A stretch of 64,000 nt of DNA, taken from positions 787,865-851,864 of the forward strand of contig OY970314.1 in NCBI GenBank assembly GCA_963716475.1. Reading direction: 5' to 3'. The stretch comes from Candidatus Woesebacteria bacterium. GTDB lineage: Bacteria > Patescibacteriota > Microgenomatia > UBA8517. The notes beneath the pieces are model-generated. The model saw nothing but the letters and a program-made list of their open reading frames with translations. It searched no databases and was not told the DNA's origin. Within the stretch, counting starts at the first letter, position 1; the number at the start of each line of letters is the position of its first letter. Positions 1-9,188 of the stretch are shown in pieces. The translations under genes and the position numbers were made by a program.

Positions 1-501
1 GGCCCTTCCGGAGAAACAATAACCATTTCTATCCACTCTGAACAAATTCCTGCCCAGAACGTTCAAATACCGGGAAGCGGCTCATGGAGCTATAGCCCGT
101 CCACCCCGCTTTCTGATGGACCCCATTCAATTACCATTTCCTGGTTGGATGCAACAGGAATCACAAGAACATTAACCAGAAATTTTGTGGTGCAGGCGGG
201 AGAGGTACCGGCTTTTGTTGCCACACCATCAGGTAAAACACCTATCCCGACCCCAACGGCAAGCCCGACACCAAAGACTTCTTCAAGTCCGACACCAACT
301 CCCACTCCAAGACCGACTGTAACCGCTACCCCTTCAGCTATACCCAGTGCAAGACCTTCGACTACCCCCAGGGTAACACCCACGATAGCACCCGAGTCCT
401 TACCCGCCACAGGCGATTTGACTCCCACTCTTCTGCTATCTATCATGGGAATTGCCATAATCGCTTTCGGTTTTTTTGTTTGGAAAATAGCCGATCGCTA
501 A
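1..501 (+). CDS. 5'-truncated surface protein: Ig-like domain, Pro/Thr linker, LPATG sorting-like motif, TM helix and short tail
   Basis: Frame is open from base 1 (GPSGETITISIHS...GSWSYSPSTPLSDGPHSITI, bacterial Ig-like pattern); PT-rich linker; LPATG + hydrophobic stretch + KIADR. Confidence 0.75.
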   Translation, partial: GPSGETITISIHSEQIPAQNVQIPGSGSWSYSPSTPLSDGPHSITISWLDATGITRTLTRNFVVQAGEVPAFVATPSGKTPIPTPTASPTPKTSSSPTPTPTPRPTVTATPSAIPSARPSTTPRVTPTIAPESLPATGDLTPTLLLSIMGIAIIAFGFFVWKIADR

Positions 502-505
502 GCTC

Positions 506-1537
506 ATGCCCAACCAAGATAAGTCTACCCAAAACCAAAATCCGGTAAGTCTGTCTGCGGACCCGCCGGTCGATCAAGCCACTACGCCACCCGTGGCGCC
601 AGTACTTTTCCCTCAATCGGATCTCCCACCGCTTTCACCCGAGTTTCAAAACCTGTCAAAAAACGATGTTCCCGCTATTCCTCCGGTTAACAGCGATGCC
701 GGTTCGGCTACTCCACCTGACATTTCCTCCGTAATTCCCAAAGCCAAGAAAAAGTTCGGAGGAGGAAAAATAATTGCAACAATTTTGGGTCTGGTTCTGC
801 TTGTTGGAGGAATCGGGGCAGGAATAATTTTGATTCAACAAAAACAACTCGTGCCGCAACAGGCATCAACAACCGGTACTATAAGAATCTGCCACAGTAC
901 CGGCTCTGGCGCCAATCCCTATATAGTTAATAATCCAGACAAAACAGGTGATGTTGGTGGGCATGATGGACACAATGGTCCTATCTGGTATAGTGGCATT
1001 GCCGGAGCTTGGGGAGATATTATTCCTCCTTTTAACTATGATAACGGAGGTCACTATAACGGCAAGAATTGGACCGACGAGGGACAAGCTTTTTACAACA
1101 ATGGCTGCAGTACACCAGCCCAATCACCAACAGCTTCACCGACAGTATTGCCAACGGCATTGCCGACAGCATCGCCAACGGTATCACCAATGGCAACAGC
1201 TTCACCAACTGAATCACCCACGGCGTCACCAATTTCGCCATCTTGTATACCAGTTAGAGCATATGATGATTATTGGGTTACCTTAACAAATGTACAGCTA
1301 TCTGCTTTAACGGCCGGTGACCTTGTCAACTTCTGCGTTAATGGATCTGCTACTTCCGGTAGTTTTGACAAGGCGCAATTCATGATTAATTCAACCATCG
1401 AACCTGAAACTACAAACAAGCGGCCGGGTTCAAGCGATTTTTGCCAGTCCTACACAATTTTATCAACCGACACAACCGTAAGTGTTAAGGCAAAAATCCA
1501 TCACTCGTCGGGTATCTGGGTGGGGGAAAATTTCTAG
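506..1537 (+). CDS. Membrane-anchored surface protein A1 (Pro-rich N-terminus, TM, variable domain, SPT linker, Cys-containing C-terminal domain)
   Basis: 343-aa ORF; KKK then hydrophobic helix; paralogue of 2278..3444. Confidence 0.8.
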   Translation: MPNQDKSTQNQNPVSLSADPPVDQATTPPVAPVLFPQSDLPPLSPEFQNLSKNDVPAIPPVNSDAGSATPPDISSVIPKAKKKFGGGKIIATILGLVLLVGGIGAGIILIQQKQLVPQQASTTGTIRICHSTGSGANPYIVNNPDKTGDVGGHDGHNGPIWYSGIAGAWGDIIPPFNYDNGGHYNGKNWTDEGQAFYNNGCSTPAQSPTASPTVLPTALPTASPTVSPMATASPTESPTASPISPSCIPVRAYDDYWVTLTNVQLSALTAGDLVNFCVNGSATSGSFDKAQFMINSTIEPETTNKRPGSSDFCQSYTILSTDTTVSVKAKIHHSSGIWVGENF

Positions 1538-1539
1538 TT

Positions 1540-2157
1540 ATGAAAAACTTTTTAAAAGGTAAAATTGGAACAATAATAATATTATTTTTCACTGTGATTC
1601 TGGCAGGGGTGGCGGTCTTCACAGCTCTTAGACTTTATCAACTCCGTCAAGAACCCGTTGCACCCAATGTCCCGTCAAGCATCCCCCGTGCAGAAGAAGC
1701 AACTTCGTCACCGGCTGGGGCTTGTACTCTGACGTTTACCATCTCTTCAGCGACAGCGTCACCGACGGAATCTCCGATGGCGTCACCAACTGCGTCACCC
1801 ACAGCCTCGCCAACAGAATCTCCGACGGCGTCACCAACAACCTCATCAACCGTCACACCGACAGCAACACCGACTGTTACTTCCACTGCCACTCCGACCC
1901 TTACCACAAATCCTTCAGGTGCACCTAATTCCTGCGGGGGTACCTGTGGAAGTGATTTAAATTGCGGAAGCGGTTTGTACTGTTACCAGGGTTTCTGTAG
2001 GAATCCTTCCTGCCCAACCCAAAGTAGTTGTAGTTGTCCGAATGCGCCGGCACCAACATCACCCGCCCTTCCTGCTTCCGGTACTGACTGGCCGACAATT
2101 GTCGGAGCAGGTTTCGGACTGTTCATAATAATCGGATCACTCCTTTTGGCACTATAG
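1540..2157 (+). CDS. Surface protein B1 (N-terminal TM, SPT linker, small Cys-rich domain, LPASG motif, C-terminal TM)
   Basis: 205-aa ORF; CGGTCGSDLNC...CYQGFCRNPSC...CSC; LPASG; near-identical to 3448..4017. Confidence 0.8.
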   Translation: MKNFLKGKIGTIIILFFTVILAGVAVFTALRLYQLRQEPVAPNVPSSIPRAEEATSSPAGACTLTFTISSATASPTESPMASPTASPTASPTESPTASPTTSSTVTPTATPTVTSTATPTLTTNPSGAPNSCGGTCGSDLNCGSGLYCYQGFCRNPSCPTQSSCSCPNAPAPTSPALPASGTDWPTIVGAGFGLFIIIGSLLLAL

Positions 2158-2277
2158 ACCGGCCTGTGTAAATTTTTATCCAATCTTACTGAAATCTCGG
2201 TTTTATCGGCTGTGTCTGCAATGTGATATATTTAAACTGTTTCGTAAATCTGATTTTCTTATCAAATAAAACAAGAA

Positions 2278-3444
2278 ATGCCCAACCAAGATAAGTCTAC
2301 CCAAAACCAAAATCCGGTAAGTCTGTCTGCGGACCCGCCGGTCGATCAAGCCACTACGCCACCCGTGGCGCCAGTACTTTTCCCTCAATCGGATCTCCCA
2401 CCGCTTTCACCCGAGTTTCAAAATCTGTCAAAAAACGATGCTCCCGCTGTTCCTCCGGGTAACAGTGATTCCGGTTCGGCTACTCCACCTGACATTTCCT
2501 CCGTAATTCCCAAGGCCAAGAAAAAGTTCGGAGGAGGAAAAATAATTGCAACAATTTTAGTACTGGCTGTGATTATTGGAGGACTCGGGGCAGGGGTACT
2601 GCTAACTCAACAACAACAACTTTTCAAACAAAAGGCGATTGGAGCTTGTGGTGACGATTGCACAACAATAGGAGAGACAAAGTGCGTTACTGGTCAAACC
2701 CAGTCCTGGATTACAATTTGTTCGGTACCTCTCGCCGGTTGTAGTAATAATTACTGGAAAATAGATCATTACGTAGATAGTTGTTCTTCACCGCCAACCA
2801 GTCCACCCAACCCGGAAAAATGCAGTAACCCGGGCGGAGGCAACCCAGATGGTTGTTATAATCAGTATCCTGGTTATGAATATTGTTCTGTCACCAATTT
2901 CGGTAACGGTGGGCTAAACCATATGCGCTGTGACAGAACTGGCGCTAGCGGATTGTGTACAAATACGTATATAGATCCCTGTGATAACCCCTGTCTTGAC
3001 CGGCCATCAACCCCTAGTTATGTTAAACCACCTGAATGCTCGGGCGGAACACCAACGCCTACTGTTACACCGACATCATCGCCGACCTTGTCACCTACCG
3101 CTACGGCCTCGCCAACAGAATCGCCTACCGCATCGCCAATCGCACCCTCCTGTATTGCGGTTAAAGCATATGATGATGGCTGGACTGTCCTAACGAATGT
3201 GCAACTTTCTGCTCTAACGGCAGGTGACATCGTTAACTTCTGTGTTAATGGGTCCGCAACTTCTGGGACGTTCGACAAAGCTCAATTTAAAATCAATTCC
3301 ATTCTCGAACCCGAAACCACAAACAAACGACCTAGTACGGACGACTTTTGCCAGTCCTACACAATTTTATCAACAGACACAACTGTAAGTGTTAAGGCAA
3401 AGATTCATCACACAACACTGGGATGGTTCGGGGAAGAAATCTAA
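2278..3444 (+). CDS. Membrane-anchored surface protein A2 with Cys-rich variable domain
   Basis: 388-aa ORF; first ~94 codons nearly identical to A1; different central domain with 14 Cys; shared C-terminal domain. Confidence 0.8.
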   Translation: MPNQDKSTQNQNPVSLSADPPVDQATTPPVAPVLFPQSDLPPLSPEFQNLSKNDAPAVPPGNSDSGSATPPDISSVIPKAKKKFGGGKIIATILVLAVIIGGLGAGVLLTQQQQLFKQKAIGACGDDCTTIGETKCVTGQTQSWITICSVPLAGCSNNYWKIDHYVDSCSSPPTSPPNPEKCSNPGGGNPDGCYNQYPGYEYCSVTNFGNGGLNHMRCDRTGASGLCTNTYIDPCDNPCLDRPSTPSYVKPPECSGGTPTPTVTPTSSPTLSPTATASPTESPTASPIAPSCIAVKAYDDGWTVLTNVQLSALTAGDIVNFCVNGSATSGTFDKAQFKINSILEPETTNKRPSTDDFCQSYTILSTDTTVSVKAKIHHTTLGWFGEEI

Positions 3445-3447
3445 AAA

Positions 3448-4017
3448 ATGAAAAACTTTTTAAAAGGTAAAATTGGAACAATAATAATATTATTTTTCAC
3501 CGTGATTCTGGCAGGGGTGGCGGTCTTCACAGCTCTTAGACTTTATCAACTCCGTCAAGAACCCGTTGCACCCAATGTCCCGTCAAGTATTCCCCGTGCA
3601 GAAGAAGCAACTTCGTCACCGGCTGGGGCTTGTACTCTGACGTTTACCATCTCTTCAGCGACAGCGTCACCGACAGAATCTCCGACAGCATCACCAACTA
3701 CCACACCGACAGTTACCCCAACTGTCACACCAACGGTAACTCCTACAGCCACTTCCACCGTGACTCCAACTTCTTCAGGCTCTCCTAATTCCTGCGGGGG
3801 TACCTGTGGAAGTGATTTAAATTGTGGAAACGGTTTGTACTGTTACCAGGGCTTCTGCAGGAATCCGTCATGCCCAACCCAAAGTAGTTGTAGTTGTCCG
3901 AATGCGCCGGCACCAACATCACCTGCCCTTCCTGCTTCCGGTACTGACTGGCCGACAATTGTCGGAGCAGGTTTCGGACTGTTCATAATAATCGGGTCAC
4001 TCCTTTTGGCACTTTAG
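3448..4017 (+). CDS. Surface protein B2 (paralogue of B1)
   Basis: 189-aa ORF nearly identical to B1 apart from the SPT linker. Confidence 0.8.
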   Translation: MKNFLKGKIGTIIILFFTVILAGVAVFTALRLYQLRQEPVAPNVPSSIPRAEEATSSPAGACTLTFTISSATASPTESPTASPTTTPTVTPTVTPTVTPTATSTVTPTSSGSPNSCGGTCGSDLNCGNGLYCYQGFCRNPSCPTQSSCSCPNAPAPTSPALPASGTDWPTIVGAGFGLFIIIGSLLLAL

Positions 4018-4082
4018 CGGGATCGTCATCCTCAACTCGATACCCAATAGTAACTTTTACCAAGCTGTGCTGGAAAAGCCAT

Positions 4083-6527
4083 CTATCTCCATGAGGCAAC
4101 CCAGTAATAGCTTTTGTCCAGCCACAAAGGAACTTGAAGTCCTACCCAATGAGGATAAAAATAAACGAAAAGTGAAAAAGCGAGAACAAAAAACGGAAGT
4201 GCCAGCTTTGGATTCCGGCGCAAAACATACCCCGCAGCGATCGCCAAAAAAGGAATCGAGGGAAGATAGTGGTACAAAAACATAATCCTTGGTGAAACTG
4301 CCCAAGGTACAAAGAAAATTAAATAGGCAAAAACAACGAAAGCCAAATTTTTATTTTTCTCCAAAAATGAATAAATTAATGACAAAGCCACCGACGCCAG
4401 ACCAAACCAGAAAACCAGAGGATTCCCCATAGCATAGATTCTTGCAACCATTCCTCCCACTTCCTCACTTGTATAAAGATAAATCGGGCGCATAAGAAGC
4501 GGCCAGCTCCACCAGGGGGATGAATAGGGATGAGTAGCACGAAGGCCTGTGTGATACCACCACATCTGCTCCTGCATTCCCCACCAGATAGACAAATTGT
4601 GCCCCGTTAAAAACATCGGCAGATAAGTTAAAAGGTAAATAGTAATTGGTAAAAGCAAAAAATAAACAAACATTGGTAATCCAAACTTATTTTTACGTCT
4701 TAGCCAAAGAACAAAAATGATCGGGGTTACCCAAAGAGCCGACCATTTTGAGGCCATTGCAAGACCAAATGATAATGCCGACAAAAGATCTTTTTGTTTT
4801 AAGAATAGATAGATTGATAAAAGAGCAAAGAAAAGAATATAGCTGTCGTTCATTCCAATTCTACTCATTACAAGAGCAAGTCCGTCGAGGGAAAATACAG
4901 CCGCCGCCAGAAGCCCAACCGCTTCATCTTTGAAAAGTTCCTTTGCCAAAAGATACACAAGGAATACCGAACCCACCCCGAGGATCGCCCCCGGAATTCT
5001 CCAACCGAAAGAGTTTTCGCCAAAAACCAGCATTCCCAAAACCATTCCCAACTTCGCAAGCGGCGGATGGGTCCACTCGTAGGCAAAACCGGCGGGTGGC
5101 GTATTCCACCATTCCCAAGCCTTGGGATCACCGTGCAAAATGACCCGGGCAGTAAAAGCATGATAAACCTCATCGAAATAGTCATTCTTGGGAGACCACA
5201 AATCAAAAGTTCTGGTTGCAAAGGCAAACATTAATATCAAGATTAAGACAAGTCTTGCCCTTTGGGGGCTAAGTGAAAGCTTTGGCAACTTTTCCGGAGA
5301 CCCTGAAACCCCTCTCTTCTTCCAATGATTAACAAACCGGTTTACGATCAACAGCATCTTTCCCCATTCCGCTTTCAGACCACGGGCAATTGAATAAAAT
5401 ATAACAACCACAAGGCTAATATTTACTACCTCCAAAAGTTTAACTGTAAAGTCGGAAAAGATCTGCCTAAAGTTATCCGTGATCCAAACGTAAGAATAAT
5501 AAAGATTGGAAACATAAGTCAGGGAAAATCCAAGGTAGGGAATTAAAAATATCGGATTCTCAATAGCAATAATTGCCAGCGGGGCAAAAACAGGAAGTAA
5601 ATGCCTCTCGTGCATCCTCGTAAAAAAAATAAAACTGGCAGCGAAAACAAGTGCTGAAAGATAATAGGGTGCGTTCTTGCTTCTCCAAAGTTTAAAGGAC
5701 GCAAATAAAGCTAAAAGTAAAGTCAGCGTATAACCGCCAAGCTGGTAATAAATATTATCCGCTTTCCATAACCCGAACAGCCCCCAAAAGTTAAACGCAT
5801 TAACGGAAGTATAAGGGTACTGACTAAGTGATATTCCAAGCCGTTCATATATAAAAGAAATTAGGTTACCGTGATTCCAGAAGGGAATAAATAAACCAAT
5901 AAATACCAATAAACCAATAAGCAAATAAGCAATTATTTTTTGTACCTTCCACTTTTCTTTAAGCATCATGAATATAATCACAGGGAATATAAATGCGGTC
6001 TGGGGTTTAATCAAAGTCCCTACTGCCAAACTAACGGCCGACAAAATAAAACTAAAAGGCATTAGATACATTGAGAGAGTGGAGGTCAAAGCAGTCAGAG
6101 AATCGACCTGACCCCAAAGTGAGGAATTGGCAAGAATGGCAGGATTAAAAAGATAAATTCCGGCGCCAATAAGCGCCCACTTTTGACCTTTAGATCTTAC
6201 TAAAATTTTATAAATTAGATAACCTGTACCTATATCAGCAAGTACCGCAGGCAATTTATACAGTATCGTGTCGGGAACAATATTCCTGATTCTTCCGAGA
6301 AAATACAAAATATATAGATACCCAGGTAGGTAGTCACTCCAGGAATTATAAAAAACCTTAAATCCGTCTCTAACCAGGGCTGAACTCCAGCCAATAAAAG
6401 TCCCCTGATCAAGGTGTAACGTTCCGAAACCCGAGAAGAGAATTCTCACCATGAACCCGATGAGTAAAACATATACAATATTTGGTATGAAAAAGATTCT
6501 CTTTTTTGCCTTTGTGCTTTCTTTCAT
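4083..6527 (-). CDS. Fused GT-C glycosyltransferase (GT87/PIG-M-like N-half) and protein O-mannosyltransferase (PMT/GT39 C-half)
   Basis: Polytopic 814 aa; N-half DQGTF/SDYLPGY/WGQVDS/MHERHL; C-half YFDEVYH, HPPLAK, HPYSSPWWSWPL, FLYHYLP; start uncertain. Confidence 0.8.
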   Translation of the reverse strand: MKESTKAKKRIFFIPNIVYVLLIGFMVRILFSGFGTLHLDQGTFIGWSSALVRDGFKVFYNSWSDYLPGYLYILYFLGRIRNIVPDTILYKLPAVLADIGTGYLIYKILVRSKGQKWALIGAGIYLFNPAILANSSLWGQVDSLTALTSTLSMYLMPFSFILSAVSLAVGTLIKPQTAFIFPVIIFMMLKEKWKVQKIIAYLLIGLLVFIGLFIPFWNHGNLISFIYERLGISLSQYPYTSVNAFNFWGLFGLWKADNIYYQLGGYTLTLLLALFASFKLWRSKNAPYYLSALVFAASFIFFTRMHERHLLPVFAPLAIIAIENPIFLIPYLGFSLTYVSNLYYSYVWITDNFRQIFSDFTVKLLEVVNISLVVVIFYSIARGLKAEWGKMLLIVNRFVNHWKKRGVSGSPEKLPKLSLSPQRARLVLILILMFAFATRTFDLWSPKNDYFDEVYHAFTARVILHGDPKAWEWWNTPPAGFAYEWTHPPLAKLGMVLGMLVFGENSFGWRIPGAILGVGSVFLVYLLAKELFKDEAVGLLAAAVFSLDGLALVMSRIGMNDSYILFFALLSIYLFLKQKDLLSALSFGLAMASKWSALWVTPIIFVLWLRRKNKFGLPMFVYFLLLPITIYLLTYLPMFLTGHNLSIWWGMQEQMWWYHTGLRATHPYSSPWWSWPLLMRPIYLYTSEEVGGMVARIYAMGNPLVFWFGLASVALSLIYSFLEKNKNLAFVVFAYLIFFVPWAVSPRIMFLYHYLPSIPFLAIAAGYVLRRNPKLALPFFVLAFSLFVYFYPHWVGLQVPLWLDKSYYWVASWR

Positions 6528-7632
6528 TGTTTATTTTTTAACCTCAGCCGGAAAAACCCCTTTCGACTATTTTACTAGACTTTCGGATTCTTTTCTCCAA
6601 GGAAAAATTTACTTAACCGAAAAGCCCTCCTGGCTTACCGAGCTCATTCCTGCCGGACCGGGTAAATTCTATGTAGTTTACCCACCCATGCCCGCAATTT
6701 TATCTATGCCTTTTCGACTAATCTTCAAAGAAAATTTCCAACAGCAATACCTTGCCCACCTTCTGGGTGCGGGAATGGTGGCAATTACCATGCTCATATC
6801 GTGGAAGGTCAAAAAAAACATCAATCTCTTAATTTGGTCAGGACTTTTATCATCAATTGGAACAATAACTTGGTATTTGAGTGCGACCGGCTCTTCTTGG
6901 TTTTTGGGACAGGTAACCGCCGCGTTTTTTCTCACTCTAGCTATTTGGAAAGGAATTGAACGGAAAAACCCGTTTTTGGTTGGGGTTTTTTTGGGAGCCG
7001 CTTATTTATCGCGTTTACAAACAATACTTTCTTTACCACTTTTTTTATATCTTTTTTTCGACAAGAATTGGTTAAAAAAATATTTTTTCCTTTGTCTGGG
7101 AGTTTTACCGTTTATCCTTTTTAATTTTTATTACAACTTCATCCGATTCGGAACAATTTTTGATAAAGCCTATTATTTGATTCCCGGACTTCTGTCCGAA
7201 CCCTGGTTTTCAAAAGGGCTCTTTAACGCAGCTTATATTCCCAATAGTCTCAAGGCTATTTTTTGGTCTTTTCCGAGATTTTCAAGTAAATTCCCATATG
7301 TGACACCATCATGGGCCGGTCTTGCAATATGGATTACCACTCCCGCCTTCATTTACGCATTCCTTGCGAACATCAAAGAAAGGGTTGTAAAGTTTTCCTG
7401 GATTTCCATACTTCTGATATCACTTGTGATTTTCAGCCACGGGACAACTGGTTTTGCCCAATTTGGTTACCGATTCGCCGTAGACTTTTATCCGATTCTT
7501 GTATATCTGACAATAATGGGTGTCGCAAAAACCGGCCCAAAATGGCCACATTACCTGGTGTTGGTACTTGGCATTATTGTTAATCTATGGGGAGTTTTAT
7601 GGATAAACAAGTTTGGCTTCGTCGGATTTTAG
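6487..7632 (+). CDS. GT-C-type integral membrane protein (putative glycosyltransferase)
   Basis: Multi-TM; YPPMP and QFGYRFAVDFYP motifs; start placed at ATG 6487 (TACAAT 7 nt upstream). Confidence 0.6.
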   Translation: MKKILFFAFVLSFIVYFLTSAGKTPFDYFTRLSDSFLQGKIYLTEKPSWLTELIPAGPGKFYVVYPPMPAILSMPFRLIFKENFQQQYLAHLLGAGMVAITMLISWKVKKNINLLIWSGLLSSIGTITWYLSATGSSWFLGQVTAAFFLTLAIWKGIERKNPFLVGVFLGAAYLSRLQTILSLPLFLYLFFDKNWLKKYFFLCLGVLPFILFNFYYNFIRFGTIFDKAYYLIPGLLSEPWFSKGLFNAAYIPNSLKAIFWSFPRFSSKFPYVTPSWAGLAIWITTPAFIYAFLANIKERVVKFSWISILLISLVIFSHGTTGFAQFGYRFAVDFYPILVYLTIMGVAKTGPKWPHYLVLVLGIIVNLWGVLWINKFGFVGF

Positions 7633-7646
7633 CTAAACAAATTCGA

Positions 7647-9188
7647 ATGGGTGGAATTTTAGGTAATGAAAAAGTTTTACTGGCTTGGTTTTTAAATAAA
7701 AAAACTTGGCAAAATATCGTTTTATATCTCATTCTTTTTCTTGCCTTTGCGGTCCGCATCTATCATCTTGGCACAAACCCACCAGAACTTTTTAGTGACG
7801 AAATAACCCAGGTTTTGTCGGCCAGAACCATTTTAGAAACTGGTCGTGATACTAATGGAAAACTAAATCTGTTTTTATACAATAAGATTAAACTCGGTAC
7901 ACCTATTTCCGGTTATTTATCCGCATTTTCGACGTACGTCCTCGGAAATAACAATTTTGCAGTCAGATTACCATCCGTTTTGGCAGGAACACTGGTGGTT
8001 TTCTTAATCTTTAAACTTAACCTTTTACTAACCAAAAATAAGCTGATATCTTTAATATCAGCACTTGTCTGTGCTTTGATTCCGTGGGCAATATATTTTA
8101 GCCGTATTGCCTGGGAACCAGCGTTTACAGTACCTTTTTTACTTGCTTCAATTTATATTTTCATAAACTCAATAAATAATAAATCCGATAAAGGAATTGT
8201 TGTCTCATATATCTTATTCGCAACTTCGGTTTACGCCTCAGACGCAGCAGAATTCTTGTCACCACTGTTCCTAATGTTACTGGGGATTATTTATTTTAAA
8301 AATATCTTGAACAATAAAAAAATTCACCTATTGGGCGGGCTTATTTTTGCGATCTTACTTGTTCCAATAATATTCGTTTCGTTAACCAACCCGTTAAAAA
8401 GTGAGCGAACAATCAAAATCTCCACTTTTGCAGAGGGTGTCAATTCACAAACATTAAGAACTTTCGCAGGTAATTATATTGACCATTTTACCTATAAATT
8501 TTTATTTACAAACGGCGATCCAAACTTGAGACACGGTACAGGCCAAGATGGGGTACTTTATTGGGTACTTTTGCCATTTATCCTTATTGGAACTATTTAT
8601 TTACTGACTCATATAAAAAATAAGGAGAACCAATTTCTTATCTTGTGGGTTCTGGCATTTCCTCTTGGCGGAGCGCTAACAAATGACGGTGTACCCCATG
8701 CTACGAGGACAATAATTGGCTATCCGGTTTTGATTCTAATTGCAGCACTAGGTTTAAAACAAATGTTAATCTATATTAAAAATGTATATGTACAAAAAAT
8801 ATTTGTTTTTATATTTCTTTTGATTCTCTCACTTGAGTTTGTAAAGTTTACCCAAAGCTATTTTATAAAATACCCCATCAATTCCCAGGGTTGGTGGGAC
8901 TACGGGACCAAAAATACTTTGACTTTCATTCAGAAAAACACACGAGGCGATGAAAGTTTATGTCTTCCAAATATAGAATATTGGCATGAGGATACTTACA
9001 CTAATTATTATTTGGGTACGAAAAACAATTATCAAATCACATTTGATGTAAACGATTCGAAATGTTTAGATTCTGATATTCTAGTACTACCAGCAGGTAC
9101 TAATCCGCCCCAAAACTATCACACAATCGATGTTGTCGACAATCTGCAGGGTCAAACAATCTGGAATGTCTATCGATCTGTGAATTGA
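7647..9188 (+). CDS. ArnT/PMT_2-like GT-C glycosyltransferase
   Basis: PPELFSDE, AVRLPS, FSRIAWE, FLFTNGDPNLRH motifs; multi-TM; start uncertain. Confidence 0.75.
   Translation: MGGILGNEKVLLAWFLNKKTWQNIVLYLILFLAFAVRIYHLGTNPPELFSDEITQVLSARTILETGRDTNGKLNLFLYNKIKLGTPISGYLSAFSTYVLGNNNFAVRLPSVLAGTLVVFLIFKLNLLLTKNKLISLISALVCALIPWAIYFSRIAWEPAFTVPFLLASIYIFINSINNKSDKGIVVSYILFATSVYASDAAEFLSPLFLMLLGIIYFKNILNNKKIHLLGGLIFAILLVPIIFVSLTNPLKSERTIKISTFAEGVNSQTLRTFAGNYIDHFTYKFLFTNGDPNLRHGTGQDGVLYWVLLPFILIGTIYLLTHIKNKENQFLILWVLAFPLGGALTNDGVPHATRTIIGYPVLILIAALGLKQMLIYIKNVYVQKIFVFIFLLILSLEFVKFTQSYFIKYPINSQGWWDYGTKNTLTFIQKNTRGDESLCLPNIEYWHEDTYTNYYLGTKNNYQITFDVNDSKCLDSDILVLPAGTNPPQNYHTIDVVDNLQGQTIWNVYRSVN

Larger units (their letters stand above)
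506..4017 (+). repeat. Tandem duplication of a two-gene module (506-2157 and 2278-4017)
   Basis: Near-identical DNA at 506-787 vs 2278-2559 and over most of 1540-2153 vs 3448-4013. Confidence 0.95.

Noticed and set aside
90-3758. Val/Gly-rich minus-strand ORFs (VGVAVG...)
   Set aside because: Reverse-complement products of Pro/Thr linker codons.
506-4017. Diversity-generating retroelement as the cause of the near-identical repeats
   Set aside because: No reverse transcriptase in the window; differences are not adenine-specific; both copies are full genes.
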